Part shown: positions 37,753 through 48,527 of the stretch, piece after piece
How positions within the stretch are numbered: position 1 is the first letter of the stretch
How the letters are laid out: each line of letters opens with the position of its first letter
DNA from: Iphione sp. A-MEVVRFRX5
Taxonomy: Eukaryota
Length of the DNA: 64,000 nucleotides
Direction of reading: 5' to 3'
Assembly: GCA_976226885.1 (NCBI GenBank)
Contig: OZ320321.1
Span: 4,154,001 to 4,218,000, forward strand
Notes under the pieces: generated by a model
The model's input: the letters and a program-made list of their open reading frames with translations, nothing else
Databases searched by the model: none
Told to the model about the DNA's origin: nothing
Made by a program: the position numbers and the translations under genes

Positions 37753-40700
37753 CTGGAAAGAAATATTTCATTGTCTCTATGCCTTCAGATTGTTTTTTTT
37801 TTTTGTATCCGTCTTAAATGACTGCGGTGGTTCCTTGAGGTGTTATTATGCCTTGAAGTGGTGTTGTCCTAAGTGACTAATGTAGTGCCACCCAAGCACT
37901 GAAAATTCAAGTTCTACCACTGAGCTTTGAGGAGAAATAAACTCTAACGCTTTGTGAGTATATTTTCGGAGAGTGCTTCATTTGACTGAAGGCAAGAAAG
38001 GGTGCAGGGGGGGGGGTGTGTAGGTGAAATTGAGTTTTGGGGCAGTAATGGGGTTCTTATAGATCTTCTTCAAGATTAAAGAGAGTTTGTGCTGCCACTT
38101 CTTCAAGGGCTTGCTGGGCTGCTCTATAGTTCTTGAAAGGGCCATGATGGCCTGTTTGTGCACGTAGTGCCAAACAACAAAGATAGTCCCAATAGGGGAT
38201 GTCATTCGGAGCGTAGTTTGGAGCACGTTCAGTGTCCAGATATCGGACGAGGTCTTCACGAGTGCGTGCTGCAATGTTTGGTTTAAAGACATCTAAAGTC
38301 AGGGTGTCCGTCAAGTTGAGGGCTCGGCCCGTTAAGGCATCCCTGTAGAGGGTGGAATTACGGCTTTTACGACGGAGGAGATTTCTGTGATGAGTGTCAG
38401 TAGTGTAGTCTCGCTGGATGGTAGGCCAGGAGATAGGGGGGGTAATATCAGGCGGGCATTCGTCAGTGAAGAAGTGGATGCCTTCACATGCAGATTCCTC
38501 TACGGCTCATTTCTCATGCCACATGAGCCCGATATGCGGCTTGAGCTTCTTCCTGGAGAAATGGTCTGTCCAGAAATTCGGTAGAGAAGACTCTTTTCAC
38601 TTTGGCGTGGGGAAGTGTTGGATGAGGGGGAGGGAAATAATTTGTGAAATGGTAGCCTGGGCGGTATGATAGGGGAATAACATAGGTAGGTTCAGGTGGG
38701 GTGGGAGAGGTTGCGCTAGAGGATGGGGGTGTGGGGGATGCAGTGGGAGAAGGCGAAGTACTAGTATCATGTGAGGCATCCGTGCCATTGGAAGGGGTTG
38801 GTCAGAAAGGTTCCGAGGCTGAACGAGGTGGGTAAGAGTGATTTTCAGAAGGGGGCCAGGTAGATTCAAGGGAGTGCGACTGAAAGGTAGGTCCTGGCAT
38901 TGGGTCTGGAGAGGGGGAGGCGGGGGTTGAGGGGAGGCTTGGGTTGTATGACGTAGATATGGGTGCCGAATTGAGGGATGAAAGAGGGGTAGAATGATTG
39001 GAGAGCGAAGAAGTGGGAGCGGGGATTGAAAGGTGGAGGGTGCCGTTCAAAACAGAGGAAGACGGGTAGATTGGGAGGGAGAATGAGGAAGTCTGCATGG
39101 ATGCTGGCTAAGGGAGGGCAAATCGTGGCAGGGGAAGGTCCAGAGGGCTAGAATGGGGGTGGGGTAAATGGGGATGGAGAGGGGGAACTATAGCAAGGTT
39201 ACGGGGAGGGCGAGGGTCTGGGAGAGTGGTTTCAAGGTGGGCCTGCTCGTGTGAAAGGGGGAGAACGGGTGTATGAGAGGGTCGAGTGACTGAGCGGGGG
39301 GATAGCATTAGTCGTGTTCTTCCCCCATGAGGGTGTCTAGTCGCCAGATATCGGTTAAATTCGTTGAAGAAAACGTTGAGCAAATCGTCAGATGGTTGAA
39401 AGTCCCTAAAAACAGAGAGGATATGTGGTAGTTCCGGTCTGAATCATTTAGTTGTAGATTCAAGATCAGGAAATATGTTTTTGGGTGGGTGATGGGAGTG
39501 TATGGGGGCAGGACAGTCTCTTAGGGAAATCGGAGAGGTCTTACATTGAGTTGGGGGCGTTGACTGGTGAGGGGATGGGTGCCTTTGGGGGGGGAGGGTA
39601 ACTGTAAGGAAAAAGGAAGGGGGGGTCAGGCAAGGTGGATCGGGGACTGATAGAGGTAGGTTCCAGGTGGTATCCACAAAAGAGTAAGGCCTACCTCAAA
39701 GCCATGATGGTTGTTGGTGATTGAGGTGTTTGTTGATTTGATGGAGATTTAGCCTGGGTTGATACGTGAAGAATGTGTTCCGTAATTCCTGGTTTTAAAG
39801 TGAGCATGAAGGGTGACTCGAGGAGGAGGGCGTTGGTTGACGCAATTGATATAGAGCGCTAAGGCCGAGAATATGGATTGAGAAATCCAAAATTCTGAGT
39901 TCCAAAAAGGCTGGATGCAAAGGTTTGAGTGGTGTCGGGCAGTTTTCACGACAAAGCTTATATACTTATCGCTAGGGGATAGTCCAGGATAGGGGAAGGA
40001 GTGTCCATTGTAACAGGGGTGAGAGGTGCACTTGGTACTAGCGAGAGTGAAGATGTTTTATGGTAATGAGCATGAGATAAAAAGACGATTAAAAGGGAGT
40101 GATATAGTATACCTAAGTCAGTGAAAAAGGTGGGGGAACCATAGATCTGTGGTCGCGAGTCGCCAAGGAACACGGCGGTAGGGGGAGGTTGTCATAACAG
40201 GTGGTAACGTGTTGTGAGAGGGGGAGATAGCAGATAATGAGCAGGAGGACTGTGTTGGTCGGGCAGTAAAAAGGCAAGGGGAGGGAGAAAAATAGTCTTG
40301 AAAGAAGTATAGTTTGTTCTCGACCCGGGATAAAGGAACCTACAACGATCATATGGATGGACGAGAGAAGGGAACAGGTGAGTGTCGAACAGGTGTAAAG
40401 CCGGGATGAGAATGGGAAACAATTATGCTGTACCCATGACAGTAGGTAAGGGGCTAAGTATTCTCTTGGGGTGGGTGAGAGACGGGGGTATCGGGGGAGG
40501 GGGCATAGTAAACGGGACAGATTGACCTGATTGGGATGGGAGTGAGGCTACATTTGTACATTGGATCGTTGGAGCTGTGAAGGAGTAGCTCACGGGTCAA
40601 GAGAACGCATAATGGACACGCTAAGAAATGCTCTGCGACAGGTGTGGGTGTTTGCCCGGAGCGTTGGGGTGCTCCTGGGTCTAGTCGGAGAGGGGGGCTT

Positions 40701-41930
40701 AGCGCCCCCAACTGCACTGAAAGGTGAGTGGTAATTTCTTATTTGAGGCAGGAAAGGGTTGGAGTTGGTTACATGGGGGGAGGAGGGAGGAAGGGAAGGG
40801 GCTGGGGCTACTTATCGGTACACAAGTTTTTGTGGTTGAAAAAAAAGGGGGGGGGGGAAACGGTTTCGAGAGGGAGTCTATGAGTTTCTTAATTTTATGT
40901 ATATGCTTAAAGTGTGGAAGAAATAACTCTTTGTTTGGGTAATGACCTAAGTGGATAGGAAACTGAGATTAATCGCTAATCAGGGGGGTTCAAGGATGGT
41001 TTTTCTGATGCTGACGGAGGATCGCTGTGAACTATGAGGGCAGGTCGCAAGGTCAGCATTATCAGGATGCCTCACAAACTGAGCTAATCTTGGGGCGAAA
41101 TCCCTGCAGCGGGAAACACATCATTTGGCCTTTAGGACCGTCTGATTCCTAGGATGGTAAATCAGAGCCATTTGGGAGTTTAACGTGTTCACAGACGATC
41201 GTGTTGCAAGACTTTAGTTTGTTTTTGTTTATAGGATTCCTTGGTGTCAAGTATGCATGATAGGGAGAGGAGGGGGTTCGTCGCAGCTTGATAGTTAAAA
41301 GGCAAGCAAAGAGAATTAAGGGGTCACAGGAAACCTCAAGAGATCATGGCGACAAAAGTGGAATTGAACTGTCGGCATACTAATATATCAGAAGGGTGGG
41401 GGAGGGTTTGGAGGTTGTAGCCGGGAAGACCACGGTTTTAATGGTGAATGCAAGTAAATCAAGTGAAATGGTTGTAAGGAAGGGTCCTGCAATTGGGAGT
41501 TCTGATCGCTGATATCACGACTCGGACTTATTGCCATTTCCAGTAAGTAGAGACAAGATTCAACAGGGGAACAGGCTGGGAGTGCGGGTGAGTGATGACA
41601 ATTCAAAAGGGCGGTTCTTGTGGTTGAAGTCTATAAAATTTTATACCGAAAACGAAAGAAGTGGGGGAAAGGAAATAATGCCGTGGGGTTGGGAAATAAT
41701 TGCAGTATGGTTTACTACAATTCCGTCCGTAAGGAAGGGTTGTGTGCCATAAGTAAAGTAGAGGGAAGGAAAAGAAGGAGTATAGGGGTGTCATTATTGC
41801 CCTTGTAATAGGTTTTCCGGCCTTTCGTGAAGAAAATTATCTGGTTTCAAGGCAATTAATTGTATTGGAGATGGGAATACTCCGATGTGTACGCCTGCAG
41901 TGCAATTTGTTTAAAAGATAAGAAAGTGGC

Positions 41931-42285
41931 AAAAGCCGTTCTCCGTAGTGCGCGACAGGTACTTCCTCCTTTTGGGGAGGACTGCCTCTTTTTCAAAGGA
42001 GGCTTCAGGCATGGGGGTATGGCACTTGCTGCTTGCCCTATGGAGGGGGCCAGCGGGAGAGAGACTTGAGCGACCGTGTCGAAGCCTGGCTGAAGGTTCT
42101 ACTGGGTAAACCTTGTCAGCATGTCCCGAGAGGTATGGCACTCGTTCATCGAACGAGGCAGACAATTATTTCCTTGGTTTAACTCTCCCGTTCTGCACCA
42201 GCTGGTCTGGGTTTCGAACCCTCTCGCCCCTGGCATTCATACGCGGGGAGGAAACGTCCTAACCGCTACACCACGGAGATCGGCT
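41931..42285 (-). ncRNA. Pol III-type RNA unit 1 (~355 nt, VA/EBER-like architecture)
   Basis: A box TGGTGTAGCGG, B box GGTTCGAAACC; 17-bp terminal stem AGCCGATCTCCGTGGTG / CACTACGGAGAACGGCT running into TTTT. Confidence 0.72.
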
Positions 42286-42794
42286 GACAGGTGTAGTGTA
42301 AAACTTAGAGCCAATTGTGCATCTAGGACGTAAATAAATCATGAGATGGCACATCAGTGGCGCGCGCGTGGTGACGTCACGATTCGGACCCGGTTACAGG
42401 GCGATTTTAACTGGGTCAAGTATGGTTCACCGCTAAGTCTGAGGAGGGCGCCGCAATGTAGGCCCAGTATCCACGTAGGGGAACACATGTAACTGTAGAT
42501 ATGATGAGGGCGAATGTATGTTTTGAAGGTTACCTATAGCTAATTCAATAATGAAATGGTATAATAGTGGCGTGGAGTCAGATGTTTTGCAAGTTGTAGA
42601 GAGTAAAAGAGTAAGTATTTTCAGGCCTTGGTTATGTGGAAAGGAGGAGGGGAAGGGTGACGGGAGTGCTTTGCCGACCTGTGTTGTAAACTGTTGTGTG
42701 TGTGTATGGAGGGTGATAACGGCGGTAACGTGGCAGATCAGAGCCCAGTGGAGGGTTGGTGATTCGACATTATTTTTTGGTGGTAGGAGAAGAC

Positions 42795-43225
42795 AAAAAT
42801 GCCTTTGGTCCCCATGACAGACACCTGTCTTGGGTAAGTCTTTCAGTGCTTCTCTTCTTTCCTTGGGGAGGATCTGGTGGGTGTACACGCGCATACATGG
42901 CCACTTGGAAGGAGGCAACTCCCTCTCTCAACGAAATCTGTGAGTGCTCTGGACTTACAGCACTGGAGCTGACGCAGGCCTGCAGCTGAAGCTTCTACCA
43001 GCAGTAGTGATGAGGAGGTGGTGTGGAGTACACCTGGGTGGGTCTTTTCTGACTGTCATCTGCTACTAGACCCACTTCTTTATCCATGCCCATCGTGGCT
43101 GTGTCGCTGTTCGACGGAGGAGAGGCAGTCCTTGGGAGAGGCCGGCCGTGGGACTCGAACCCACATCTGGCTATGCTGCACGCATCAGGTGGAGTGCCCT
43201 GCGTTCTGAACCATGGGGACCGGCT
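42795..43225 (-). ncRNA. Pol III-type RNA unit 2 (~430 nt, tRNA-like head, terminal stem, T5 terminator)
   Basis: 5' AGCC-GGTCCCCATG pairs with 3' CATGGGGACC-AAA-GGCA followed by TTTTT; T-arm GTGGG TTCGAGT CCCAC. Confidence 0.65.
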
Positions 43226-44479
43226 GAGGTAGGAATGCCACATGCTTAGGGTGAATACGTGCGGGGGGGTAGTTCTCTTTCGAGCTGCTGGGAGGCAGCA
43301 CTGAAAGGCAATGAGGCCAGGTCAGTTGGTCGGTCCATTTTTAAGGAGGTCAGCAGCAGTTTCGCGGCCCAGGGTAGGCAAAAATGGTTGGAAAAGAGTA
43401 ATTTTTATGGCCTACAGAGGATAAAAACTCAGCCGAATCCGTAGGAACTCGTGCCGGCCTGAACTGGGGGGTTGCATGGTGAAGACACCTTTCGCAAGGG
43501 CTTGAGAGATGAGTATGGACAAGACAATGGGGGTGAATCTCCAACTCGAAGTGCCATATGGCCAGCTGAGTATGTTTGAATAGGGTGCAGTTAAAGGCCC
43601 CCGAGAGAATCCGAAACCTGGTTGACGGTTCTCTTGGGTAAGTCTTTTCCGTTGTCACCATAGACCCCCTTTGTGGTCCCCATTGCAAATCAAAGAAAAT
43701 TTCCCGCTCTTCCGTCATCCTTTACCCGTTCAAGATGGGTTAGTTCCTTTCCACAGTCCACGCTCTAGGCAGTGGTAAGGTGCGTCCAGTCGGCGGCCAG
43801 TTAGCGGCCAGTTATAGCAGTGCAGGGGTCTACCCTATTCCTAGGTGTCATAAATCTGTCATAATCCTGGAGGGTACAAGGGAGATAGTGCACTGAGAGG
43901 TTGGCTTAGTGCAGGTAGACGGCATATAGGGAGATGGAATGTCTTTCCACCTGAAATGCTAAGTGGCCAGTAGGAGAGTATATAGTCCGGGTGCAAGAGA
44001 GTAACAGTAGTACAGGAGAAGGAGCTGAGGCCACTTGAGAGGGAATGAGGTGAGTGTTAAGCGTGAAGGTAGGTTCTACAAGAAGGGGTATGAGGATAGT
44101 AGATGTAGAATGTAAGTCAGAGGCAGGTAGCCAGAGAGATTCAATAGAAGCCGTGCGTAGAGAGAGGGGTGTGTCACGGTGACGCCGGAACGTGCGGGCA
44201 AATATATTCAGGCTGATTGGTAGCTGAGCCTAGTCAATGTTGAGAGATGCGGGGTCTGGCTTGGGTCGGAATTGCGCCATTCGGTTCTAAGTTAAAGTAA
44301 ATATTTCGAGCGTGCGAGGTTTTATCTTATGCTTAATCTTAACCTCAGATATGGCGTAAAGAGGGGTTTTTGTAATTTTTTGCTTTTATTTATTTTTTTG
44401 GCGGGGACTTCTCAGAAGCCACAGTCCTTTTTGTTTTCTTTTTTGTTTAGGAACGAGGGGAGGGGGTGTCATTAGTGTT

Positions 44480-45772
44480 CATTTTTTTGTTGTTGAGACA
44501 ATAGAGAAAGGCGGGTCGGGGGGCAGTATACAAATGTCGATTTCCTTATTGGGCGGGATCCTCTTCCTCCAGGTCGCGGAGGTCCTCCATGCTGAGGGGA
44601 CGGTTGACTGTCGTGGACACCGCCCGGAATTGCTGCCTGGGGAGTACCCGCATGTCGTTAAGCAGCCTGTGTCGCCAGGTCAAGAAGAACATCCAACTCC
44701 TGCTGGTCAAGGGTGCGGCGGCGAGCTTGGTGCCGGAGGGTTTCTATGTGGAGGATGGTGGTGTTGTGTGCGGAGAGCTCGTCCTCCTCGCGCAGGTTCC
44801 AGTCAGCGGGGGTTCCTGGGCGTTGGGCCCCCGACAAGAGAAAGTAAGGCCTATCCCTAAGGGGCCCTAAAGTGTCTGCGGTTATCGTCTGCCCAGTAGA
44901 TATGGCCTCAACGGTCGCCAGGCTGAGGGAGGCGATGTTTCTCTGCTGCTGGGACCAGGCTCGCCAGTCTGGGGTAATGTTGATACGTACGGGTCGAGTA
45001 GGCGGGTATCGTGCCAGACCAACATAAGGGCGCACAGTCCCTTCAGCAATGGCCTGAAGCCACTGGTCAAACAGGGTGACAGGGTGGTTGGCATCCTGGG
45101 GTGGTGGGACAGGTCCTTCGGCAGGCTGATCCCTCCGAGTCATCGTCAGAATCTAACCGTCATCGTTGTCGGGGAGGGGAGCCCGGGGGTGGCGCAGCTT
45201 GAGCTCTAGACGGTCCAGGTTGTGGTTCTTCATCACTCCTCCTCCTCCTGCCTCTGCTGACGCCCTCTGCGTCTCCTGGTGTTTCTCTGTCGCAGAGGAA
45301 CAGGGTCTCCCTCTCGACCCCACCAGGCGTTCATGAGGTTGCGAACCTCCATGCGTGCAGCCTTGGGTGCCCTTTGGGCCGGCAACCTCCACCCCGCTGA
45401 GTCCAGCCCAAAAAGATGGTGAAGGTTGGGCACACACAAGTGTGCCGCTGACACATGAAAGCTGTGGACATGGCTCTCCCAAGCCGTGTAGTCCCTCAAA
45501 TAAGCTTTGCCCTCGCACCACAGGCATGCCATATATTGCCACATTCTGGTTCCTCATACAGGCAAATGGTGCACCCTTCGGAGATGACGGTTGAGGTTTG
45601 ACTGGGTGTTAAATAGTTTGTGCTGGCAATGAGTGCAGCGGAGTCCTTTCGCCATTACAGATGAAGAGACGCTGTTAAGTGGGTTTACGTTCCAGTTCAA
45701 GGGTTGCTGGGAGTGAGATAAGTTTGTGTGACGTGGGAAATTCAAACTCGAGACGTACGTGGTTCGAGACAT
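44480..45772 (-). pseudogene. Element B accessory ORF: two C2H2 fingers followed by an unknown domain
   Basis: CTHC-x13-HLRRVH, an in-frame TGA, then CLWC-x13-HVHSFH. A frameshift leads to NLDRLELKLRHP, which is in frame (one stop) with ORF 44658..45143. Confidence 0.6.
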
Positions 45773-45967
45773 ATGTGGAGACTTTCGGTCTCGTGACGGT
45801 TGTCATTTGATTGTGTTTTGTTTTGGAAGGGAAGTTCGTTGTGGACTCCACAGGGGTTCCATAGTCGTGCGTGAGCTCCCCTAAGAGGTGATGTGCTATG
45901 TTCTGTGTCATATCCTGGGCGAACTCGCTGGGGTGTTGGTGAACCTCATTTCTTTGGCGGTGTCTTT

Positions 45968-46063
45968 GAGACCGACGGGGAGACTCGATCCATTACAGGA
46001 TGAAGATCTACGTCTATAGCATAATGCTCTTACCACTGGGCCACTGGGCCGCTGGGGCCGGCT
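45968..46063 (-). ncRNA. tRNA-like Pol III-type unit 3
   Basis: Starts AGCCG; A box TGGCCCAGTGG; B box GATCGAGTC; GTTTTAC 12 nt upstream as in unit 1. Confidence 0.5.
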
Positions 46064-46691
46064 GGCGAAGGGAGGGTAAAACTCAGAGTGGCTTTAGAGG
46101 CCAAGTATGGTAGGTCATGGAAAGTAGGGCAGTTGTTACGTCAGAGCGGTGTCGGTGGGTGTACGAGTATAGGGACAGAGTCAGAGAGGCATTAAAGGGG
46201 GCGCCAGAGGCAGTAAATACCGTGGTCACAGTTCAAATGTTATGGGCCTGGCCTGAGATGCGTTAGCGAGGTAAAGTATTATGCTGATGGGGAAAGTGGC
46301 CTGAAATGAGGTAATCTTCTTAAAGGAGGGGGGGGGGACGAAGTCAGGAGAAGGTGACTGGGGGGTGGTGAGGTAAACACCATTTCTATGTGTGAATCCG
46401 TAGATTAAGTACCAGTTATGGTATCTCAATTAAATATTTTAATCCTGACCACAGGTTATGCGTGGTCGGGTGTATATAAATAGAGTGCACCTGAAGGGCG
46501 GTGGTATGGCCAAAGCTTAATCACTAGACTTCCTGGGAGAACTCTCTTGAGTGCCAGTCGGCCCTCATCGGGGTCACATATGAATATTCAAACTCTGGGT
46601 CTTGCTTCCTAATTGTAGTTGCAAGACAGCACATATAGTCTTTTGATTTTAGGGCATAAGGGGAAGTTCGCGTAGACGGCGACGTTGTTGT

Positions 46692-47042
46692 TTATTGTAG
46701 ATTGTATTCACGGCCTTCATGCAAATACTCTATAAGGAGGGCTACTAAGCATATTTGTAATAGTGGAGATTCCAAGTTAAAGAATAATCCCGCTGGATGA
46801 TAGTCGTAAAGTCTCCAATGAGATATGTAATCAGAGAGCCTGAGAATCATCCTATACCGCATATAGGTTGTAATGTCAGGGTGTCGCAGGCCTGTTCCTA
46901 CCTTGTAAAAATGTCGGAGGAGAGCCAATACACAGTCTGATAGGACAGGGGCTCCTCCATACTGAAGGTGTTGTTTCCTCTGCATATATTGCCTAAGGTT
47001 AAGAGATCTGAAGAGGACCGGATATCTCATCTGAGGCCACAT
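46692..47042 (-). CDS. Accessory ORF P3 (116 aa from MWPQMR, unknown family, shorter)
   Basis: APVLSDC...GLRHP...FFNLESPLLQ; splice acceptor 2 nt before ATG at 47042. Confidence 0.66.
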   Translation of the reverse strand: MWPQMRYPVLFRSLNLRQYMQRKQHLQYGGAPVLSDCVLALLRHFYKVGTGLRHPDITTYMRYRMILRLSDYISHWRLYDYHPAGLFFNLESPLLQICLVALLIEYLHEGREYNLQ

Positions 47043-48527
47043 ACCTAAAAAGGGAGGGATCGGGGGATATGCACAGTGATCCGTGTTGATAGTGTACATG
47101 AGTGAAAGAGTCGTGTATCCTTTCAGGGGCTGGGGTCGGCAGAGAGGAAAAAGGAGGGGGGGGGGGAAACAGATGATGAAAACCGGGCTGGTGGTTGGTT
47201 TTCATTAGGGTATTACTTGTCATAGAATTTGTATATGTTGCTTTTAAATGCTTGTCGGTCTTACGCCCGATTGTTTGATGTCATTCCCTTTTTTTTTTTT
47301 TCTCTGAGGTCGTAATCGGGGCTGCCTGGAGCCCTGATGAGGCAGGGGCCACTTGGCCTGAGGCAGAGGAGGGGCGCTTAACAGGTAAGTAAGAAAGGTT
47401 ACATGACTGTGGTAGCTTTAACGTAATTATCCTCTTGGTCCATTATTCTGGAATGTCGTTTATGGTGAGGAAGGCAGAGGTCATATTATTAAAGGTGGGG
47501 GGGGGGGGCAAGGGTGATCCTTCATATTGGTGCTTTTTAATGTTCTGTCTTTCACCCTTCTTCTAGAAGTCATGGTGGAGGAGGCACTACCATCTCCCGG
47601 AGAGAGCCTCCCTGAGATGGAAGGGGTGGGGCTCCCCAGACAAGAAGTGGGGGCCCTGCGGCTGGCGTGGGTTCTCCACAGCGGTGAGTGGACAGTTTCT
47701 TGTTTTTGGTTGTTTGCCGATTCCATTTCCTTTTCGCATAGGTTGGGTTCACAAAAAGGAAAGGGGAGCCAATTTTGGAAGGAGCGGGGGGGGGGGGTGG
47801 GGGGAAGGAGAAGTAGGGGGGGATGTTATCCCACCAAAAGGGAAGGGGTAGCCTCCGTTGTTTTGTTTTGGGTAGAGTAACGTTATGCTACAAAAAGGGG
47901 GGGGGCATAGGATATCATGTGTGATCCTGGTGCTAATATTTTTATTTCTGTATGTCTTTTACAGGAGTCACAGTCATGCGGGAACACCCAGAGGAGGGAG
48001 AGCGGGGGCTATGTCAGCGGCGACGCCCGGCAAGAGAAGAGCTCCCCTGCTAAAAGATTCATCATTTTGCTTGAAGTAGATGGGAGTAGGTTTTAGTAGG
48101 GGGAAAGGGGGGGAATATTCATTTTAGTTCAAGGGGTATTTTCATAATCATCCTTGTAGTGCATTGTCAGATCCTTTATATTTATTTTTGTACTTTTTTC
48201 CTACATATATATTTTTATCATTAAACCTTCCTTATTGTTCTTAATCCTGCTTGCGTTTTTGTGTGATGCCTCCTGACTGACGTCCCTCTCCATTCATCTG
48301 ATGTGAGTTTGCAGTGGAGCCTTCATGTTTTTAGGATAGTTTTATAAAACTCGAACTGCAGTAAAGGAGGTTGCATTTTTTTTTATAGTATACGGGTGTT
48401 AGTTCCTTGAGATGTCCATGACTATTAGGAAGTACCCTCGGCATGTTTTCTATATCTCCCCTTTATTACGTACTCCTTTATCAATAATGTGCAATATAAG
48501 CATGCCTCAGAATCATTCCCTAGGACT

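Noticed and set aside
43423-43445. AAAACTCAGCCGAATCCGTAGG resembling an end of the Pol III units
   Set aside because: No complementary partner or B box was found on either strand.
41931-46063. tRNA-like units as functional tRNAs or as the element's own primer
   Set aside because: The cloverleaves are incomplete or lack clear anticodon arms, and none ends in a sequence complementary to the PBS TGGTGGAGAACCCGGGC.
47334-47370. CTGATGA followed by a GGCC/GGCC hairpin, hammerhead-like
   Set aside because: No GAAA core or closing stems follow.
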